64,000 nucleotides of DNA. It comes from Blautia sp. GTDB lineage: Bacteria > Bacillota > Clostridia > Lachnospirales > Lachnospiraceae. The position numbers and the translations under genes are program-made. Under the pieces are notes generated by a model. It worked only from the letters and a program-made list of their open reading frames with translations. It did no database searches and was not told where the DNA came from. Positions 60,284 through 64,000 of this stretch are shown piece by piece. Every line of letters begins with the position of its first letter. Within the stretch, counting starts at the first letter, position 1. The stretch is from positions 13,955 through 77,954 of the forward strand of contig JAMPFM010000007.1 of the NCBI GenBank assembly GCA_023664455.1, read 5' to 3'.

Positions 60284-61573
60284 ATGAAATGCATTAAATT
60301 AACTGCCAAGACACAGCAAAGCCTGTTAGACACCCTGTTAAAAAGAAGTCCCAATCACTATGGGCAATATGAATCCGTTGTTGCTGAGATTATCGCCAAT
60401 GTCAGGGCAAATGGGGATTCTGCAGTCTTTGAATATACGAAAAAATTCGATGGCTGGGACGCTTCCCCCGATACGATACGGGTAACGGAAGCAGAAATCG
60501 AAGAAGCCTTCGCACAGGCGGAACCTGCGTTTATAGAGGTCATGAAACATTCTGCCGCCAATATCATCGCTTTTCATGAGAAACAATTACAAAAAAGCTG
60601 GATTGATACAAAACCGGACGGTTCCATTCTCGGTCAGAAAATCCAGCCCATCGCCATTTCCGGCGTCTACGTTCCCGGCGGCAAGGCGGCATATCCCAGC
60701 AGCGTACTGATGAACGTATTGCCGGCGAAAGTTGCGGGCATAAAAAAGATCATTATGACGACTCCTGCGGGCGCAGACGGCAAAGTAAACGCCGGAACCC
60801 TTACCGCAGCCAAAATCGCGGGCGTCGATGAAATTTACAAAGTCGGGGGCGCACAGGCAATCGCCGCTATGGCATTCGGCACAGAACGGATTCCGAAAGT
60901 CGATAAAATCACGGGACCCGGAAATATTTTCGTCGCCCTTGCCAAGAAAGCCTGTTTCGGCTATGTCAGCATTGATTCCATCGCCGGTCCCAGTGAAATC
61001 CTTGTGCTTGCGGACGAAAGCGCCAATCCCCGTTATGTGGCGGCGGATTTGTTATCCCAGGCGGAGCATGACGAGCTGGCAAGCGCCATTTTAATTACCA
61101 CAAGCGAAACACTGGCAGAAGAGGTATCCCGCCAGATAGAAGGATTTTTAAAAGAATTGCCGAGAGCGGATATTATCCAGAAATCCTTAGAACAATACGG
61201 TTATATCCTGCTTGCCAACTCTATGGAAGACGCCATTTCCGCCGCCAATGCGATTGCTTCTGAACATCTTGAAATTTTGACGAAAGACCCTTATGAGGTC
61301 ATGACCAAAATCGAGAATGCCGGCGCAATTTTCCTCGGCGAGTATTCCTCGGAACCATTAGGCGATTATTATGCGGGTCCCAACCACATCCTGCCCACAA
61401 ACGGCACCGCAAGATTTTTCTCGCCCCTGAATGTGGATGATTTTATGAAAAAGACCAGCATTATTTCTTATTCCAAAGAAGCGCTTTTTAAAGCGCATGA
61501 AGACATTGAACTGTTTGCTGTCAAAGAAGGGCTTACGGCGCATGCCAATTCCATTAAAGTGCGGTTTGAATAA
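60284..61573 (+). CDS. hisD: Histidinol dehydrogenase
   Basis: GVYVPGGKA.YPSSVLM, GGAQAIAA.AFGT, GPGNIFV, DSIAGPSE, DLLSQAEHD, GPNH.LPT. Confidence 0.97.
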   Translation: MKCIKLTAKTQQSLLDTLLKRSPNHYGQYESVVAEIIANVRANGDSAVFEYTKKFDGWDASPDTIRVTEAEIEEAFAQAEPAFIEVMKHSAANIIAFHEKQLQKSWIDTKPDGSILGQKIQPIAISGVYVPGGKAAYPSSVLMNVLPAKVAGIKKIIMTTPAGADGKVNAGTLTAAKIAGVDEIYKVGGAQAIAAMAFGTERIPKVDKITGPGNIFVALAKKACFGYVSIDSIAGPSEILVLADESANPRYVAADLLSQAEHDELASAILITTSETLAEEVSRQIEGFLKELPRADIIQKSLEQYGYILLANSMEDAISAANAIASEHLEILTKDPYEVMTKIENAGAIFLGEYSSEPLGDYYAGPNHILPTNGTARFFSPLNVDDFMKKTSIISYSKEALFKAHEDIELFAVKEGLTAHANSIKVRFE

Positions 61574-61623
61574 GCAGCGTATCCTGCATAAGCAAGAGTA
61601 TTGAAACAATAGAAAGGTAGAGG

Positions 61624-62223
61624 ATGGATTTCATGAAAAGAACAAGCTTTATCCAAAGAAAGACAAAGGAAACCGATATAACCTTATCCCTGACGCTGGA
61701 TGGCATGGGCGTAAGCACTGTGGATACCGGTATCGGCTTTTTCAATCATATGCTGGAAGGCTTTGCCAAACATGGTTTTTTTGATTTGACTCTATCGGTC
61801 AATGGAGACCTGGAAGTGGACGCCCACCATACGGTAGAAGATACCGGTATCGTATTGGGACAGGCCATCAAAGAAGCCCTCGGCGATAAGATGGGAATCC
61901 GGCGTTATGGTTCTTTCTTATTACCGATGGACGACGCTTTATGCCTCTGCGCCGTCGATTTATGCGGACGCCCTTATCTTGGCTTTTCCTGTACATTTCC
62001 GACAGAACATGCCGGTACGTTGGATACGGAGCTTGTAAAAGAATTTTTCTATGCAGTTTCCTACAGCGCCGGTATGAATATCCATTTGAAAATGCTTGCA
62101 GGAGAAAATACCCATCATATGATAGAGGCCATGTTTAAGGCATTTGCAAAAGCGTTAGATGAAGCGGTAGGGCAGGATGCAAGAATCAAAGACGTCCTGA
62201 GTACGAAAGGCTCTCTTGCCTAA
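61624..62223 (+). CDS. hisB: Imidazoleglycerol-phosphate dehydratase
   Basis: RKTKETDI, TGIGFF.HML, D.HHTVED.GI, PMDDAL, N.HH..EA.FKAFA.AL. Confidence 0.96.
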   Translation: MDFMKRTSFIQRKTKETDITLSLTLDGMGVSTVDTGIGFFNHMLEGFAKHGFFDLTLSVNGDLEVDAHHTVEDTGIVLGQAIKEALGDKMGIRRYGSFLLPMDDALCLCAVDLCGRPYLGFSCTFPTEHAGTLDTELVKEFFYAVSYSAGMNIHLKMLAGENTHHMIEAMFKAFAKALDEAVGQDARIKDVLSTKGSLA

Positions 62224-62280
62224 ATACAGCCAGGCTTTGCCTGATTACGATACAATTCAGATAAACAGAGAGGACAGATT

Positions 62281-63561
62281 ATGTACAAGAAATTAATACC
62301 CTGTATTTATTTGTATAAAGGAAACGCCGTAAAAGGCTTTCTGGATAACACGATTATCGCGACCAATCCGGCAGCGCTTGGCAAATTTTATAGTGACAAT
62401 CATGCCGACGAACTGATTGTCTACGATTTATCCAAAGGAGACACCGAGCACGAAGAATCCTTAGATATGATTAAGGAAATCTGTGCCGCCGTGGATATTC
62501 CGGTTATCGGCGCAGGAAATGTGCACCGCATGGAAGATATTAAAAAACTGCTTTATGCTGGCTGTAAAAAGGCGGCGCTCAATTATTCCAAACCGGAAAA
62601 CATCGAAATTACTGAAGAAGTTTCCCAGAAATTCGGCAAAAGCAAAATTGTCGCCTGTATCTCAGAGGCTCCTGAAATCACACAGAACGAGACGCTTATC
62701 GAAACCTATGTGGAGGAACTGATTCTGGTAAAAGAACGCAGTATCAAAGAAGCGGCATCCGTTTCCCGCTTTCCCCTGATTGTGTCTGTTCCAGAAGTTT
62801 CGCTGGATAAAATACTGGAAATGCTTTCCAAGGAAATCATCTGCGGTATTTCCGGCAATGCCATCAACGAAAATGCCAAAGAACTTCTGGCAGTCAAGAC
62901 GCTCTGTCAGGCAAATGGGATTCCAGTGAATACCTTTGAGGCAAAACTATCCTGGGATGAATTTCAATTAAATTCCGACGGGCATGTCCCCGTCATCGTA
63001 CAGGACTATAAAACTGACGAAGTGCTGATGCTTGCCTATATGAACGAGGAAGCCTATCAGATGACGATTAAGAGCGGCCGAATGACTTATTATAGCAGGA
63101 GCCGGCAGGAATTATGGATAAAAGGCGAGACCAGCGGTCATTACCAATATGTGAAATCCCTGACCGCCGACTGCGACAAAGATACGATTCTCGCCAAAGT
63201 ATCCCAGATTGGCGCCGCCTGTCATACGGGCGCACACTCTTGTTTCTTCCAGGAAATTATGCGCAAGGACTATGAAGAAAACAATCCGCTCAGAGTGTTT
63301 GAGCAGGTATTTGGCGTGATTCAGGATCGCAAACTGCACCCAAAAGAAGGCTCCTACACCAATTATCTGTTTGATAAGGGACTGGATAAGATTCTCAAAA
63401 AATTAGGAGAAGAAGCAACGGAAATCGTGATTGCCGCTAAAAATCCCAATCCCAACGAAATCAAATACGAAATTTCTGATTTTCTCTATCATATGATGGT
63501 CTTAATGGCGCAAAAGGGCATTACATGGGAAGAAATCACCTCAGAGCTGGCAAGAAGATAG
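62281..63561 (+). CDS. hisIE: HisIE (PRAMP cyclohydrolase / PRATP pyrophosphatase) with N-terminal degenerate HisF-like domain
   Basis: C-terminal VLMLAYMNEEA, SRSRQELWIKGETSG, DCDKD, ACHTG..SCF, GSYTNYLF.KG.DKILKKLGEEA.E; N-terminus KLIPCI...G.AVKG, ADELIVYD. Confidence 0.9.
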   Translation: MYKKLIPCIYLYKGNAVKGFLDNTIIATNPAALGKFYSDNHADELIVYDLSKGDTEHEESLDMIKEICAAVDIPVIGAGNVHRMEDIKKLLYAGCKKAALNYSKPENIEITEEVSQKFGKSKIVACISEAPEITQNETLIETYVEELILVKERSIKEAASVSRFPLIVSVPEVSLDKILEMLSKEIICGISGNAINENAKELLAVKTLCQANGIPVNTFEAKLSWDEFQLNSDGHVPVIVQDYKTDEVLMLAYMNEEAYQMTIKSGRMTYYSRSRQELWIKGETSGHYQYVKSLTADCDKDTILAKVSQIGAACHTGAHSCFFQEIMRKDYEENNPLRVFEQVFGVIQDRKLHPKEGSYTNYLFDKGLDKILKKLGEEATEIVIAAKNPNPNEIKYEISDFLYHMMVLMAQKGITWEEITSELARR

Positions 63562-63640
63562 CTTCCCCAAAGGCGGGTTGTTCTTTTTTCTATCCGATTT
63601 TCATAAAATGCTGTAAGAGTATGGATGATGGAACATAAAA

Positions 63641-64000
63641 ATGCAGATAAAAAGAACACTCACAACCCAGCCTGAAAAGAAACAACCGCCCAAAAAGCAG
63701 GTTCCCATTGATAAGAAACTGAGAATGGCGCAGTATATCCGGGAAGAAAACCTGGATAACCGCATGAAAATCAGACAACGGGAAAGACTCCTCTACGGAA
63801 TGGACAATTCCTTACCGCTATGGGATAAAGGAAACGCCCTGCACAGGGAAGAAGCCTTCTATACCGGCGCAGAAGAGGGCAATATGCAGGGAGCAGAGCC
63901 AGAACAGCCCTTTTCCTCTACGTTCAAACTCCGTATGGCAATAGCAATCGCTTTATTTATCGGCTTCTTACTATGTGACGCCGGACAATATGACGTCTTC
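63641..64000 (+). CDS. Hypothetical membrane protein, runs off window end
   Basis: Open frame MQIKRTL...KLRMAQYIREENLDNRMKIRQRE...FKLRMAIAIALFIGFLLCD with no stop before 64000. Confidence 0.6.
   Translation, partial: MQIKRTLTTQPEKKQPPKKQVPIDKKLRMAQYIREENLDNRMKIRQRERLLYGMDNSLPLWDKGNALHREEAFYTGAEEGNMQGAEPEQPFSSTFKLRMAIAIALFIGFLLCDAGQYDVF

Overview
A mostly core-genome, strongly strand-biased region of a spore-forming, probably motile clostridial Firmicute. It looks Lachnospiraceae-like from gene content and synteny (inference). All but two supported CDSs are on +. Contents in order: end of an OppA-type gene, YARHG protein with a class B sortase, tepA-ftsK/spoIIIE, fhs-folD, nfnAB, rlmH, pdp, yqfC-yqfD-phoH-HD-ybeY, a SpoVB-like flippase, a BofC-domain protein, proB/proA, an MCP, metH-ilvB-ilvN-ilvN-ilvC-leuCD, a GGDEF protein, a type IIA topoisomerase pair, rsmD-coaD, an amidase, ylbJ, ygiQ, rluA, recU and hisZGDB-IE. 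I saw no tRNA, rRNA, CRISPR array, integrase or transposase. The main non-core signal is a ~208-bp non-coding element present three times (14997-15204 +, ~28106-28286 +, 57539-57746 -). It has terminal inverted repeats, 13-bp flanking direct repeats (perfect at copy 3), a rod-like nested fold and compensatory base changes between copies, so it is a candidate MITE or structured-RNA family that I cannot assign to a named family. Protein-level oddities: a DUF896::5-formyl-THF cyclo-ligase fusion, a degenerate HisF-like domain fused to HisIE, an HD-to-HR PgpH/YqfF-like pseudo-enzyme, a PD-(D/E)xK-like nuclease-wHTH gene ahead of a GyrA-box-less topoisomerase pair, and tandem ilvN paralogs. All calls come from motif reading by eye; no database searches were run.
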